DNA of 64,000 bases from Macrostomum lignano (Eukaryota), in the NCBI GenBank assembly GCA_002269645.1, contig NIVC01000764.1, positions 209,749 to 273,748 on the forward strand, given 5' to 3'. Made by a program: the position numbers and the translations under genes. Positions 27,465-38,781 of this stretch are shown here, piece by piece (the stretch's first letter is position 1; each line of letters begins with the position of its first letter). The notes below the pieces were generated by a model. The model did no database searches. It was not told the origin of the DNA and saw only the letters and a list, made by a program, of their open reading frames with translations.

Positions 27465-28768
27465 CTAATTATCATTCAGATTAAATTCGTCCGGCAAAAG
27501 GTCGCGTAGAGGCCATCCGACTTGCTCGGCGAGCCACTTAATCTCGATGATAAGCAGCGTGCGAAAGTACGGCTGGCCAGCCGCATTCAGGTCATGAAGT
27601 ACGTAATTCACGGCGCGGCGCCAAGCCGCGGCAGCTTGCTCAGGCGTGAATTCTTGGCGAAGCACAATGCAGGCTGGCCGGACCTGGGCCCGCTGTGGCA
27701 GCGGCCGGTCCAACCGCAAGTGGCCGATTCGCATTAGATATTCCTTCAGGGCAGCAATCAGTCGCTTCATTCTTGCCTGCTGTTCTGGCGACAAACCGTC
27801 CATGATGGCGCTGAAGTCGGCGCCCATCGCAGCAAGCCTTTGGATGTCTTGGTTGCCGGGGCAAACAAATAACTTGCAGCTGCACGGCAGGTTGACGCCT
27901 GTGGTGGCACTGCAGTCTGCGGTGGCGGCTGCTGATGCGACGGCGGTGGCTGCTGATGATGCTGAGACGGCGGTGGCTGCTGATGATGCTGAGACGGCGG
28001 TGGCTGCTGATGATGCTGAGACGGCGGTGGCTGCTGATGATGCTGAGACGGCGGTGGCTGCTGATGGTGCTGCGGCGGCGACTGGTGGCGGTGCCGCGGC
28101 GGAGACTGGTGGCGGTGCCGCGGCGGAGACTGGTGGCGGCGCTGCGGCGGCGACTGCTGACGCTGCTGTGGCGGCGGCCGCGGAGCCAGCCTGCGGTGCA
28201 CTGGCAGCTGCTGTCGGACTTTTGCTCGCGACGCCACACGCCGAGGCTGCGACCGCTGAGCCGGCCGCTGCTGCTGAGGCGGGGCAGCTAACATCAGTGT
28301 GGGCCGCGCGCCAGCCGGGTGCCTCTGCATAACCGTCGGTTTTACCACCACGGACTGCACCGACTTCACTCTAACGAGCTCCTGTCGTGCTGCCGGATCC
28401 TGGGACACTGGCAGCCCTGACGGGGCCGGCCTCTTTGCTTGTGTACCCTGATCCGTTTCTGCAGCAGGTCGCTTTGGCTTGGTGGAGGGCTCCGGTGGCT
28501 GCGAGGGCCCGGGCAGGTCAGCTGGCTGACGCTCCCGTAATGGCTCTGACGGCGGTGCCAGCGTCGGGGCAGGCTGCTGCGTAGCAGGCGGCTGCGACGG
28601 GGCCTCAGCTAGCTGTTCTTGCTCGTTTTGCTGCGCTGAACGCTCTGGCTGTGGTTGCTCAGTTTGCTCATCTTGCTGCATGGGCCAAGGCCCTTCAAGC
28701 TCTTTTAATAGATCGTCAAATTCACTACCGTCTGCTAAAATATTTAACTCTTCGTCTTCTTTATCCAT
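27465..28768 (-). CDS. Gypsy accessory ORF3 (acidic, P/Q/H-repeat N-terminus; Cys-containing helical C-domain), split by one frameshift; not env
   Basis: ORFs 27767-28768 and 27465-27827 join by a 1-nt shift near 27915, giving ...DCSATTGVNLPCSCKLFVCPGNQDIQRLAAMGADF... Confidence 0.7.
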
Positions 28769-28838
28769 AACGGATTTGCTCTTGACTGCTTCTTTATTGC
28801 TACTTAATTGCTGCCTTATTGCTCTGTTGAGGATGAGG

Positions 28839-28869
28839 AACTGATTGCGTCAGGGATCTCGCTTATATA
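28839..28869 (-). promoter_or_regulatory. Internal TATA + Inr promoter upstream of ORF3
   Basis: TATATAAG (28869-28862) and TCAGTT with A at 28842, 74 nt upstream of the ATG at 28768. Confidence 0.65.
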
Positions 28870-29094
28870 GGTTTACAAACATTCCACTTTGGGGGGTATC
28901 ATGTTTCAAGCTTATTCAAACAAACAATTATTTGTTTAAATGGCAGGTCTTCTCTCATTGGCTGATGATTCTTCCTTATTGGCTGTCGGTCTCTTCGCCT
29001 CTCTCCTCCTATCCACGGCCTCGAAATCCCTTCACTTCTACGCCTCCTCTCATTGGCTCTCACTCCTCCTTCTCCTTCCTTCCTTCTCCTCCAC

Positions 29095-30813
29095 TCAGAA
29101 ACTGAGATTGTTCAACAAAGACAGCACAGTGGCCAGCCGCTTCAAGCAACAATAGCACTTGGGGGGCTTGACCTGCCTGCGTGTATTGTATCTCCTCTCT
29201 GAATTAGCTTCCTCGTGCTCATGCTCAATCTCATTGTTCTCTCTGGCGTCTTCTGCATTGCTCATTATTCCTTCTTCTTCTACTGCACTCTCTGACTCTT
29301 GGCTCTCATCTTCGCTCTCAGTTGCTGGTTCCGTTTCGGACTCTCTCATTTGGCATTGCCATTGCACTCGCTCATCCTCAGATTCAGTGTCATACTCAGA
29401 CTCTTCACTAATCACTACCTCCTTATGCTTCCTCGGCGGGTGGCTTCCCTTAGCTTTAGGTTCCCTCCTCGACTGATTTTTCTTCCGGTGCTTCTCCTGC
29501 TGGCTTCCCTTAATTGGCAATTCTGCGGTCGAATTAGGAACTAGTGTTAAATTGTCCCTATGCACTAATAATTTATTCCCTACAAGCTCACCATCTTCCT
29601 CTCTCTGCACTCTAAATACTACATCTGAGATCTGTTCGATCACTCTATAGGCGGCTCTCTTCTTTCTGTGAAATTTGTTAGACTCCTCATTGTCTAACTG
29701 CGGGTTATTTATTAGCACTAAACTCCCTACTGGTACTTCCTTAGGCTGCTTGGCTGTTTCAGCAATATTCTTTCTATTATCAGCAACTTTCTCGAGCTTA
29801 TCTCTCACGATTTTTCTGGCAATTTCTAGCCTTTCGGCATGATCTGCGACATAGGCTGGATAGCCTGAGTACTGATTTGGCTGGCGAATTTGACTGTCTA
29901 GTGGCAAAACTGGCTCCCTTCCGAATAACAGGAAATGGGGTGAATAGCCTGTGGTTTGATTCACACTAGTGCGCACTGCAACAAGCGCTGCTGGGATCAT
30001 TAAATCCCAATTGCTATGGTCCTTCTTAATTAAACAGTTAATGATGGATTTCACTTGCTTGTTAAACCTCTCTACCAAGCCATTACTTTGGGCATGGTAC
30101 GGGGTGGTACAAGTGTGTTTAACATTGTACAAATCGCAAAACGCTTTAAACTGTCTGCTTGTGAAGGTTTTCCCATTGTCAGTATGTATCCAATGGCATT
30201 GACCATATTCGCTGAAAATTCGCTCCTGTAAGATCTTGATCACGGTATCAGACTTCTGATTACGGATCGGGAACGCGAATGGGTAGCGGGTAGTGCTATC
30301 AACTACAGTCAGCACATATCTATGGCCTCTCTTGCTTTCTTTCAAAATGGGGCCTATGATATCGATATGTAGGCGATGAAATGCCTCGTTAACTGGGAAT
30401 GACTGCACTGGAGCCTGAACAGGGCATCCTCTTTTGCTTTCCAAACACGGAATACACTCAGATATGTACTTCTCAATGGCTGTCACTAAGCCAGGTCTCC
30501 AAAATCTCTCCCTAACTCTTTGCACTGTCTTGTCACGACCCAAGTGTCCTGCTAGTGGGCTATCGTGTAGATCAGCCAGCACTAATTTGTCCAGCGACAC
30601 TGGCAACACAATTTTGCTTACTCCTTCTTCTTCAATAACAAGCATATCGCTTTCGATTTTCATTTTCTCGTAAAATTTGCTCAACTGCCTTAATTCTGAG
30701 CTAATGCTCTTTTGCTCGGCGGGGGGTTCCTTTTCTTCGAGTTTGCAATTTAGCAAAGTGCGAATATTGGGGTCTTCTCGCTGGGCATTAACGATCTGCT
30801 CTTCCGCAGGGGG
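29095..30813 (-). CDS. Gypsy integrase (pol C-terminal part)
   Basis: H-H-C-C (HDSPLAGH...CIPC), HIDIIGP, TDNGKTF, NGLVERFN. It joins pol if one base is added to the G5 run at 30809-30813. Confidence 0.95.
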   Translation of the reverse strand, partial: PPAEEQIVNAQREDPNIRTLLNCKLEEKEPPAEQKSISSELRQLSKFYEKMKIESDMLVIEEEGVSKIVLPVSLDKLVLADLHDSPLAGHLGRDKTVQRVRERFWRPGLVTAIEKYISECIPCLESKRGCPVQAPVQSFPVNEAFHRLHIDIIGPILKESKRGHRYVLTVVDSTTRYPFAFPIRNQKSDTVIKILQERIFSEYGQCHWIHTDNGKTFTSRQFKAFCDLYNVKHTCTTPYHAQSNGLVERFNKQVKSIINCLIKKDHSNWDLMIPAALVAVRTSVNQTTGYSPHFLLFGREPVLPLDSQIRQPNQYSGYPAYVADHAERLEIARKIVRDKLEKVADNRKNIAETAKQPKEVPVGSLVLINNPQLDNEESNKFHRKKRAAYRVIEQISDVVFRVQREEDGELVGNKLLVHRDNLTLVPNSTAELPIKGSQQEKHRKKNQSRREPKAKGSHPPRKHKEVVISEESEYDTESEDERVQWQCQMRESETEPATESEDESQESESAVEEEGIMSNAEDARENNEIEHEHEEANSERRYNTRRQVKPPKCYCCLKRLATVLSLLNNLSF

Positions 30814-33800
30814 TTGGGTAGGAAGTCAACTAATAATGCTCCAACCTTCAGCGTGCCATACTCCTCACTGTGCTCAGATTGTGGGGTGACTCTGCTCGAT
30901 TGCATAATGCAGGAGCTCTGTGTTTTCACACTGTCAATCCTTACACTCTTCTCACCAGAGACTATTTTATTCCTCTGTGGCTCAGGGGGGTTGGTCTCTC
31001 CTTCTCTCAGCTCAGTGGGGGGCTGGGTCAGATCGCTCATGCTGTCCTTAGCCTTCCCATTCTGGTTCTGCTTTGCACACACGCGTTCGCTGGGGATAAA
31101 CTCCTCTTTATCAGTTCTTATCTCTTGGTTCACTTCGGCTCTTACGCCTTTGCTGGTGATTTTGCTTATCTCTCGACTCTTCTTCTCGGCTTCCGCCTTC
31201 TCATTGGCTTTACAATCTGGCTGGGCAGCCTCGGCTGGCCTTCGGGACAAGCTATCGGCATTTGAATGTTTCGCGCCACTCCTATGCTCGATTTCAAATT
31301 GAAACTCGTTGAGGCGCTCAATCCATCTGCCTAAAATGCCCTGGGCTTCTGTCTGCCTTAATAACCAAAGTATAGCCTTATGGTCGGTCCTAGCTAGAAA
31401 TTTCTTTCCTATTAGATAGAAGCGGAAATGCCTCATGGCATCTACTAGAGCTAGCAACTCCTTGCGAGTTATGGGATAGCGTTTTTCTGACTCCTTCATA
31501 GCGCGACTAAAGTAGGCGATTGGTCTCTCGACACCGTCTGATTGGATTTGTCCTAAACAGGCACCTATGCGTCCATCACTGGCGTCTACATCGAGAACCA
31601 TCTTCACCTTCTCATTGTCTATGAACTCAGGGTATGCTAACACGTCAGTACTCATCATACGGGTTTTCAATAGCTCAAACGCTTCATCATGCTTTGCTGT
31701 CCATTTTGCTTGGAAGTTTTGAACTCCCTTACGAGTCAACTGGAAAAGAGGATGCGCTACTTCAGCATAATTTTTGACAAATCTGCTGTAGTAGTTGCAC
31801 AATCCTAAAAAGCTTCTTAATTCCTTTACTTCCTTTGGCTTTGGCCAGGTCCTAATGGCTTCAATCTTGGCTTCGTCTGTGCGAATGCCATCTCTGCCTA
31901 TCACATGGCCTAGATACTTGAGTTCAGAGTGAAATAAGTTGCACTTTTTCGCTCTCAACTTTAAACCTGCGGTGATCAATCTCTGAAACACCTCTCTTAG
32001 ATGGGATAAATGCTCCTCAAATTGCTTCGAGTAAGTAACTATATCGTCAATATACGACATTGCAAACTTATGCTGGATTCCGGCTAGCACTAAGTTCATC
32101 AGTCTTTGAAATGTACCGGGCGCGTTGGATAACCCTTGCGCCATAACCTGGTACTCAAACTGTCCTCGCGTCAGAGTAGAGAACGCGGTCATGAACTTAT
32201 GCTCTTCCTTTATAGGCACTTGCCAATAACCTGAGTTAAGATCTAAACTACTAAAGTACCTACTGCCAGTAAGATTAGAAAAAGTTTCTTGAATATTGGG
32301 GAGGGGATAGGGAAAATAGTTAACTCTAGAGTTGAGCACTCGGAAATCACTCACTATTCGGATGGTGCCATCCTTCTTTGGCACAATGACTAATGGGGTA
32401 GAATAGGTAGAATAGCAGGGGCGAATGAGATTCTTGGCTAGCATGTCGTCTAGCTGGGCGTCGACTTGCTTTTGGAGATGAGGGGGGATGCGGCGGGTAG
32501 GGATTCTAACAGGGGTCTCGTCCTTCAGGGAAATTTCATGAGTGACTAGATGAGTCAATCCCATGTCTAAATCATGCTGGGAAAATGCTTCTCTATTCTC
32601 TCTCACGAGATCAATTACTGCTTTTCGCTGACTTTCAGATAAATTGGCACCAATACTAATTTCGCTCACCCAAGCATCTTCAGTTGCCTGAGCTTGATAG
32701 ACACGTCCGGCGGGTTGTGCGGCATCTTCGGCAATTGTCGGCGAAGCTGATTCGGCGGCGGAAGGCGATGCTGACCAGTAGACGAGGTCCTTGGCTCTCA
32801 TGGGCTTGGCCAGACCAATCAATGTCGACTTCGGCAGTCTCACGTCGACAGAGTGTCGATTCACGATCTCCACGATGGCACTGCCGTCTCTCATGGTGAC
32901 CAATGTCGGAACCATCTCTACTGTCAATTCCTTGGCTCTCACGCCTTCTCCGATCACTTCTACTGTCATAGGAGTGCCATGATTGAGCTCATGGTCTTTC
33001 GCTAGCCTAATGGGAACTCTCAATGCACTATTAGCAGGTACTACTGCCTTTTCTCGAGTATAAACTCGGCAAATTCTAACTGCTTGGCGAGTGTACTGCA
33101 TAGGCACACAGAGGCCTCTTTTTAGTACAAGCATGCCATTGTCTAAATCAATGCTCTTACAGTGGGAAAGGAAGAAGTCCATGCCAAGAATGTTATCACA
33201 TTCATAGCTGCACAGCAAAAAGCTGGTATTAATTTGAATATCTCCAAAGGTTACAGACACACTAGCTTCTCCTTCTAGCTGCACTGAGGAACCATCAAAT
33301 GTGGTAACTCTCTTATTGGTTTCTCGGATTTGCTCTGTCTTGATCACCTTGGACCATACTGACTTGCTCAGGAAGCAGTTTCCGGCTCCGGTGTCAAGCA
33401 AGAAGTCAATTTCTTGACCTTCAACGTCTCCAAAGACAATTGCTTCGCTACTTTTCTCGCTTATCAAATCAACTTTTGCTTTCTCAGCTGCTTTCTTAGC
33501 TTCTCGATATTTCGCTTTGCGAGATTTTCTCGCCTTCTGCTTTGCATTTGCTGGCTTAGTCACTGGGGACTTTGTCAACTCGGATGCTGATGCTTTTGCA
33601 TCTGACTCACTGGGCTCTGACGCCAATAACTCAAACATATTAGGAGATAGCGCGATGGGAGACGCGCTGTTTACAAGTGCATTACGCATTGGTGCTCTAT
33701 ACATGGGTGCATTACGCGTTGGTGCATTACGCATTGGTGCATTATGCATTGAATTCCTGGAAAATGGGACTTGTCGCCATCCTCCAGGGAGTGGGTTGAA

Positions 33801-33896
33801 AACGGGTTTGCGGGAGAAATGAGAGGCCTGAGCTTTGCTTTGGGGTTTCCTAGAGGGACGTGGCCTCGAATATCGACCCTCGAATCCTAGTTTCCC
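30750..33896 (-). CDS. Gypsy pol: aspartic protease, RT, RNase H
   Basis: LLDTGA, LDLNSGYWQ, YIDD, LDVDAS, RTDHKA. The frame is open upstream to the gag stop. Confidence 0.97.
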   Translation of the reverse strand, partial: GKLGFEGRYSRPRPSRKPQSKAQASHFSRKPVFNPLPGGWRQVPFSRNSMHNAPMRNAPTRNAPMYRAPMRNALVNSASPIALSPNMFELLASEPSESDAKASASELTKSPVTKPANAKQKARKSRKAKYREAKKAAEKAKVDLISEKSSEAIVFGDVEGQEIDFLLDTGAGNCFLSKSVWSKVIKTEQIRETNKRVTTFDGSSVQLEGEASVSVTFGDIQINTSFLLCSYECDNILGMDFFLSHCKSIDLDNGMLVLKRGLCVPMQYTRQAVRICRVYTREKAVVPANSALRVPIRLAKDHELNHGTPMTVEVIGEGVRAKELTVEMVPTLVTMRDGSAIVEIVNRHSVDVRLPKSTLIGLAKPMRAKDLVYWSASPSAAESASPTIAEDAAQPAGRVYQAQATEDAWVSEISIGANLSESQRKAVIDLVRENREAFSQHDLDMGLTHLVTHEISLKDETPVRIPTRRIPPHLQKQVDAQLDDMLAKNLIRPCYSTYSTPLVIVPKKDGTIRIVSDFRVLNSRVNYFPYPLPNIQETFSNLTGSRYFSSLDLNSGYWQVPIKEEHKFMTAFSTLTRGQFEYQVMAQGLSNAPGTFQRLMNLVLAGIQHKFAMSYIDDIVTYSKQFEEHLSHLREVFQRLITAGLKLRAKKCNLFHSELKYLGHVIGRDGIRTDEAKIEAIRTWPKPKEVKELRSFLGLCNYYSRFVKNYAEVAHPLFQLTRKGVQNFQAKWTAKHDEAFELLKTRMMSTDVLAYPEFIDNEKVKMVLDVDASDGRIGACLGQIQSDGVERPIAYFSRAMKESEKRYPITRKELLALVDAMRHFRFYLIGKKFLARTDHKAILWLLRQTEAQGILGRWIERLNEFQFEIEHRSGAKHSNADSLSRRPAEAAQPDCKANEKAEAEKKSREISKITSKGVRAEVNQEIRTDKEEFIPSERVCAKQNQNGKAKDSMSDLTQPPTELREGETNPPEPQRNKIVSGEKSVRIDSVKTQSSCIMQSSRVTPQSEHSEEYGTLKVGALLVDFLPNPLRKSRSLMPSEKTPIFALC
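33887..33896 (-). promoter_or_regulatory. -1 ribosomal frameshift site G_GGA_AAC followed by TAG
   Basis: Heptamer at 33896-33890; pol is open in the -1 frame; a hairpin-forming sequence lies ~8 nt downstream. Confidence 0.8.
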
Positions 33897-34786
33897 TGAT
33901 TGGGGTTGCGGGCAGGGAATCGACTCTGGTTGTTAAAGCCAGGTCGCACTACATTCTGTGTTGGCTTCCACGGAATCTGCCTCCTTATCTGCTGCTGCAT
34001 CAGCGGGCGAAGCTGTGGCTGGAACGCCTGAACTCTTGGCTGATAGTATTGCGGCCTAGTCTGAGTAACTGGCGGCTGCTGCTTTTCAGCTTGCAGTTCC
34101 TGAATTAGCTTCTTCTGCTCTTCGAGCTCAGATTTCTGCTGCTTAATTAGCTTTTCTAACTTGCTCTTCTCATCATCTTCGTCTCTCACGACTCTGACAC
34201 CGTTCTTATGCGACATATGCCAGGCTGCTTCTATTCTCCTAAGCATGCGTCTGGCCTCCTGCAGGCTAGTGGGCTGAGCAAAAATGAGTTTCTCCCGGGT
34301 ATCGGAGGAAATTCTTACTCCCTTGATAAATTGCTCGATTACTTCCTCTTCACGCTGTTCTGCGTTCATATTTGGGAACGCCCTAGCTGCTAGTTCGATC
34401 AAAGCATCGGCGAACACGTCGGTTGCCTCGTTTCTACCCTGCATCCTACCTCTAAACTCCTCTCTGCACTCGGATGAACTACCAATCCGGCCAAATCTTT
34501 CTACCAATCTCTCCTTAAACTCCTCATACGTCAAATCCTCAGGTAGATTTAATCGCTGCACTGCTGCAAACGCAGTCGATAAGTCTAGATTGGCTAATAG
34601 TTCAGTCTTCCTGTGCTCTTGGTCTATCCCTTCCTGATCACACCTTTGGTCGAATGCGGTTAACCATATTCGCACATCCTGGCTGGGAGTGTACTTTTGG
34701 ATCTTTACATGCCTCATAGGCCCTAGTTCTAGCCTGTTCCTAAGCTCCTCTGCTAATAAACCTATAGCGTCATTAAGTGCTGCCAT
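33887..34786 (-). CDS. Gag (no CCHC knuckle seen)
   Basis: Retrotrans_gag-like segment (EFRGRMQGRNEATDVFADAL...FIKG) followed by a coiled coil; located after the PBS. Confidence 0.9.
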   Translation of the reverse strand: MAALNDAIGLLAEELRNRLELGPMRHVKIQKYTPSQDVRIWLTAFDQRCDQEGIDQEHRKTELLANLDLSTAFAAVQRLNLPEDLTYEEFKERLVERFGRIGSSSECREEFRGRMQGRNEATDVFADALIELAARAFPNMNAEQREEEVIEQFIKGVRISSDTREKLIFAQPTSLQEARRMLRRIEAAWHMSHKNGVRVVRDEDDEKSKLEKLIKQQKSELEEQKKLIQELQAEKQQPPVTQTRPQYYQPRVQAFQPQLRPLMQQQIRRQIPWKPTQNVVRPGFNNQSRFPARNPNQGN

Positions 34787-34848
34787 TGTACTCTCACGTT
34801 ATTTGCTGTACTCTCACGTTATTTGCTGTACTCTCACGTTATTTGCTG
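34787..34848. repeat. 3 x 20-bp tandem repeat in the Gypsy 5' UTR
   Basis: tgtactctcacgttatttgc x3, directly before the gag ATG. Confidence 0.95.
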
Positions 34849-34881
34849 TAGCGGTCGACTTAGTCGGATTCCAATCCCTTT

Positions 34882-34893
34882 CCGCTGCCACCA
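34882..34893 (-). promoter_or_regulatory. Primer binding site, tRNA-Leu type
   Basis: TGGTGGCAGCGG, 3 nt after the LTR; complementary to the CCGCTGCCA-CCA end of tRNA-Leu (AAG/TAG type). Confidence 0.8.
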
Positions 34894-34896
34894 AGT

Positions 34897-35763
34897 TGTA
34901 CCAGGGGGTGTTTAACTAAATTGTAGACTATCCTACCGATGTCACCAAGTTGTTGCAGGCTTAAACTCTCTCTAGAAATTATCCTACCGCAGGCACCAAG
35001 TTTTTGTAGGTGTCTTTACTATTATGGTATTCTTATTCCACTATGCCACCAAGTTGTCGCAGGGCTATACACTTCCTAATTTATAATTACGCTACGGAAT
35101 CAAGTTGTTGTAAATTAAGATAGTTATTACTCCATAAAATTGCTTAGTCAATTGCTGCTTCTTAGAAAATATCAAGTCTAGAATTCTAATCTAAGGACTC
35201 CTTGAATCTATGCAAGGCGCCCTGGTAGCAGTGTCGAGCGGCAAACACTGGTCTACATGTAATTATGAATCTCACTACTATTATTATTACTACTATTAGT
35301 TCCCTATATTTAGTTGCGGGCTCCCTGGGAAGGAGTTGCCCGACTCGTCAACCGTCTATTTCTGGCTTCTCACAGCTTTCCTGGCCTCTTACGGCTTTTT
35401 CTGGCTTCTTACAGTTTTTCTTGGCCTCTTACGGCTTTTCTGGCTTCTCACAGCTTTCTTGGCCTCTTACGGCTTTTCTGGCCTCTTACAGCTTTTTCTC
35501 CTGTCTTGCTTTCCAGTGACTAAGACAACACGTTTTGCTTTTCTTGACCGAATCGAGGAAACGGCGGGCGAAGTTTTTAAAGCCCGAAAACGCTTGTATT
35601 TATAGGTTTACTGAGGGGGGGGGACGGGTGCGCGGGACGTGGTTAAACAAAATATCAATTTAAACAAAATAATTATTTTTCGCTATAACAAAATAATTCC
35701 GTAACCAAGAAATTTGGCGTAAATTCGAAATGGTATACGTATAAAAATATTGGGCCTGCCTCA
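34897..35763 (-). repeat. 5' LTR (867 bp), TATAAAT at 35604-35598
   Basis: Near-identical to 26228-27093. Confidence 0.97.
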
Positions 35764-36379
35764 CAAACTAAGTCTAAATCTGGTCATACATGTTTGGTCA
35801 TAGCTCAAGTCATAGTCAAAGGCCTGTTAGAGCAGAGCTAGACTACGCTAGACTGAATTGTGCTAAGAGGGGGGCTACACAACACTGTAGATAACAACAC
35901 TTTACTCTACTACACAACATCCATAGTACACACTACAAGTCTACGATCCGGTCAGCCGCAGAGTCAAGTGAGGTGGGGGCGGAGAAAAGAAAATAAAACT
36001 TGAGCTTTTGAAAATCGGCCGGGCTGCTGACACGAAACTAAAGAAGCGCTTATAATTTTAACAAGCTGTTGAAACCCGCGGATTTTGAACCCGGGGAATT
36101 CCAATCCCGGAACTATTTTTCCATGTTTTCTGAAATCTGAGGCCATACTCAAACAAAAACTTTTTAATAGTTAGTAGGATAGAGATAGACATCAAATGGA
36201 GTACATTTGTGTAAAATTAGAATTTGAGTCAAACATTGATCTTGTTGGTTGGGTTGCTTTTTACTTTAAATAGGCAGTTAATGTCTGTCTGACTCTAAAA
36301 CATGTATCGGCAAACTCTGGCCTCTGCCTCTGACTCTCTGAGTCCCTTGGATCCTTTGAAACTTCTATCTTCTCTTCTG

Positions 36380-37590
36380 TTTCCTCTCCTCTCTCGTCCC
36401 TCGTCTCTCCTCTCTGCTCTCTCTCCTCTCCTCTCTTCTCTTTTTCCTCTTTCCTCTCCCCTCTTTTCTCTTCTTTTTCATCTCTCTTATCTCATGTCTT
36501 TTCTCTTCTTTTCTCTTTCCTCTCCTCCCACTCTTCTCTCATCTTATCATTCACCTCTCCTCTCTCTCGTCTTTATTTGCTCTCTGATCTCTCCTTTCTC
36601 TTCTCTCTCTTCTCTTTTATCTCTTTTTATTTCTCTCTGCTTCCCCTCTCTCTGCTTCCCCCTCTCTCTGCTTCCCCCCTCTCTCTCTGCTTCCCCCCCT
36701 CTCTCTCTGCTTCCCCCCTCTTTCTCTGCTTCCCCCCTCTCTCTGCTTCCCCCTCTCTCTCTGCTTCCCCCTCTCTCTCTGCTTCCCCCCTCTATCTCTG
36801 CTTCCCCTCTCTCTCTGCTTCCCCTCTCTCTCTGCTTCCCCCTCTCTATCTCTCTGCTTCCCCCTCTCTCTCTGCTTCCCCCTCTCTCTCTGCTTCCCCC
36901 TCTCTCTTATCTCTCCTCTCCCATCTTTCTTCTCTCTACTCTCTCCCCTCCATTCTCCTCTTTTCTCTCCTCTCGCCTCACTCACATCTCTCTCCCTTTG
37001 TCTCTCCTCTCGTCTCTGTAATCTCTTCTCTCTTCTCTCTCCTTTGTTCTCTCTACTCTCCCATCTCTCGTCTGTTCATTTTCGTCTCTGCTCTCAGCTC
37101 ATCCCCCTCTTTCATCTGTCATCTTTACTGTCTTATATGTTCTCTCATTCTGTCCTCTGTACTCTTTTCTTTCACCTCTTTTGTCTCCTCACTTTCCTTT
37201 CTCCTTTCTTCTATTCTCTTCTCTTCCCTCTTCTATATACTCTCTCCCTCTCTTGTCTCGTCTCTTCTCTCTCCCCTCTCCTCCTTTATCTCTCATCTCT
37301 CATCTCATCTCTCTTTACACCTCTCTCATCTGTACAACCTTATCTCTTCTCTCTTCCAAGTTCCATTTACTCTCTCATCTCTCCTTTCTCCTCTTTACTA
37401 ACTCCTCTCTGCTCTTCTCTCTGCTCTCTCCTCTCTACCCGCTCCTCTCTACTCTCTCCTCTCATCGTCCTCACTCCCTCATATCTCCTATTATCTTTTA
37501 TCTTTTCTCTTATTCTCTCTCTCACCTCTCCTCTCTTTTCGAATAGTCTATTCCTTCTTCTCTCCACTCTCAACTGCCCCTCAGCCATAA
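36380..37590. repeat. CT-rich low-complexity tract with a ctctctctgcttcccc core array
   Basis: Strongly pyrimidine-skewed; core array at about 36630-36900. Confidence 0.92.
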
Positions 37591-38289
37591 GCAGGATTCT
37601 TTTCTGGCCTTTGAGGTAAAAGTCTGCCCATTCCTGCTTGGAAAGCCAGTTTTTGGGACGTAGTACTCTCATGGCTGTTCTCATGCTTTGATCATGTCAT
37701 CTTTCTTGCCAATTTGCAAGCCCTGAAAAGAATTTGTGTATCTTCAGCTCCACTGCAGTCTGCATCAGTCTAACAACCAAGGAAATTACGCATTTCTTAG
37801 GAGGCCATTTAAATTTTAAAGTTACCTTATGCGAATCTTAATGTTAAAATTTTCATGGTGTAACTAATTTAGTAGGATTGCATTGTAATCAGTTATTCAT
37901 TAATTTTTCGCTATTTTTTTTAAACCATCCCACATCGCCTTGATTTGCCATCCTTGTTTAACTGCTTCGACTTGTCTATACAGAGGACAGTAAGTTTGAA
38001 TCTCTCGCTAAACTCTCTCCTCTCAACGCCTCTCCACTCGCGGGGGTACAGAGAAGGCTATTAAAAAGTTATTCCAAAACACTGTACACTCGCTATGTAC
38101 ATTGAGCCCTATCGCCTGACCCTTCGTCTGGCCCTGGGGGAATGAGTGAGTGAGTGGCACAAACAACAGAAAAAGCAGACAAACTTCACATGCTTACAGT
38201 TTCTGTTCTGATTGAGTTAGAGAGTTGAAACTTTACATTTAGACAGAGAATGAATCAAAGAAGAATTGTGTTAAGTTAGAAGTCAATCG

Positions 38290-38781
38290 CTTCACGTGGA
38301 GCAAACTTATGGCAACCGAAAGTTAGGCATTTTAAAACCTGATTCACACCCTTTGCCCAGATCGGGAAAGAGAGGCAGGCGGGTGGAGGTTGGGGTGGTT
38401 GCTACGCTGAAAAAACAGCCTAACTTTAAAAGTGCACAGCGGCTTTCAGGATTAACTTTGAGATTTGAAATTTTACACGATTGTGTCAAAATAGTTGAAA
38501 ATTGCCTGTGTCAAATTTGAAGAGAATCGGTAGAAGTGGAGCGGCGCTATGGAGGATTTAGTGAAAAAATCGCGCATTTTGAGCAGTTTTTTGTACTTTT
38601 AGGTAGGAAGACTTGAGTCTAGGAAATTTAAAGGTAGCCTAAGACATTCTCCGTAGTAAGTTTAGGGTGGGTGTAAAGTTTGGTGTAATTTGGTTGAGCG
38701 GTTTGGGAGTCCATAGCGATCAAAATTGTCCACACACACACACACACACACACAGAGTTTTGATTTTTATATGTAGAGATT
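38290..38781 (+). mobile_element. Helentron-associated (HINE/DINE-1-like) non-autonomous element
   Basis: aaagtttggtgtaatttggttgagcggtttgggag, then (CA)n, then tttttatatgtagagat, resembling HINE ends. The 5' boundary is uncertain. Confidence 0.5.

Larger units (their letters stand above)
26228..35763 (-). mobile_element. Full-length Gypsy/Ty3 LTR retrotransposon, recent insertion
   Basis: TG..CA LTRs, 4-bp TSD CAAA (26224-26227; 35764-35767), PBS, PPT, and PR-RT-RH-INT order. Confidence 0.97.

Noticed and set aside
27465-28768. env gene
   Set aside because: No signal peptide, furin site or TM segment is visible.
36302-37684. Leu/Ser-rich or Arg/Glu-rich ORFs
   Set aside because: Translation of CT low-complexity DNA.
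37590-37770. Coding-like minus-strand stretch (..KNWLSKQEWADFYLKGQKRILL..)
   Set aside because: Contains a stop, has no recognisable family, and runs into low-complexity DNA.
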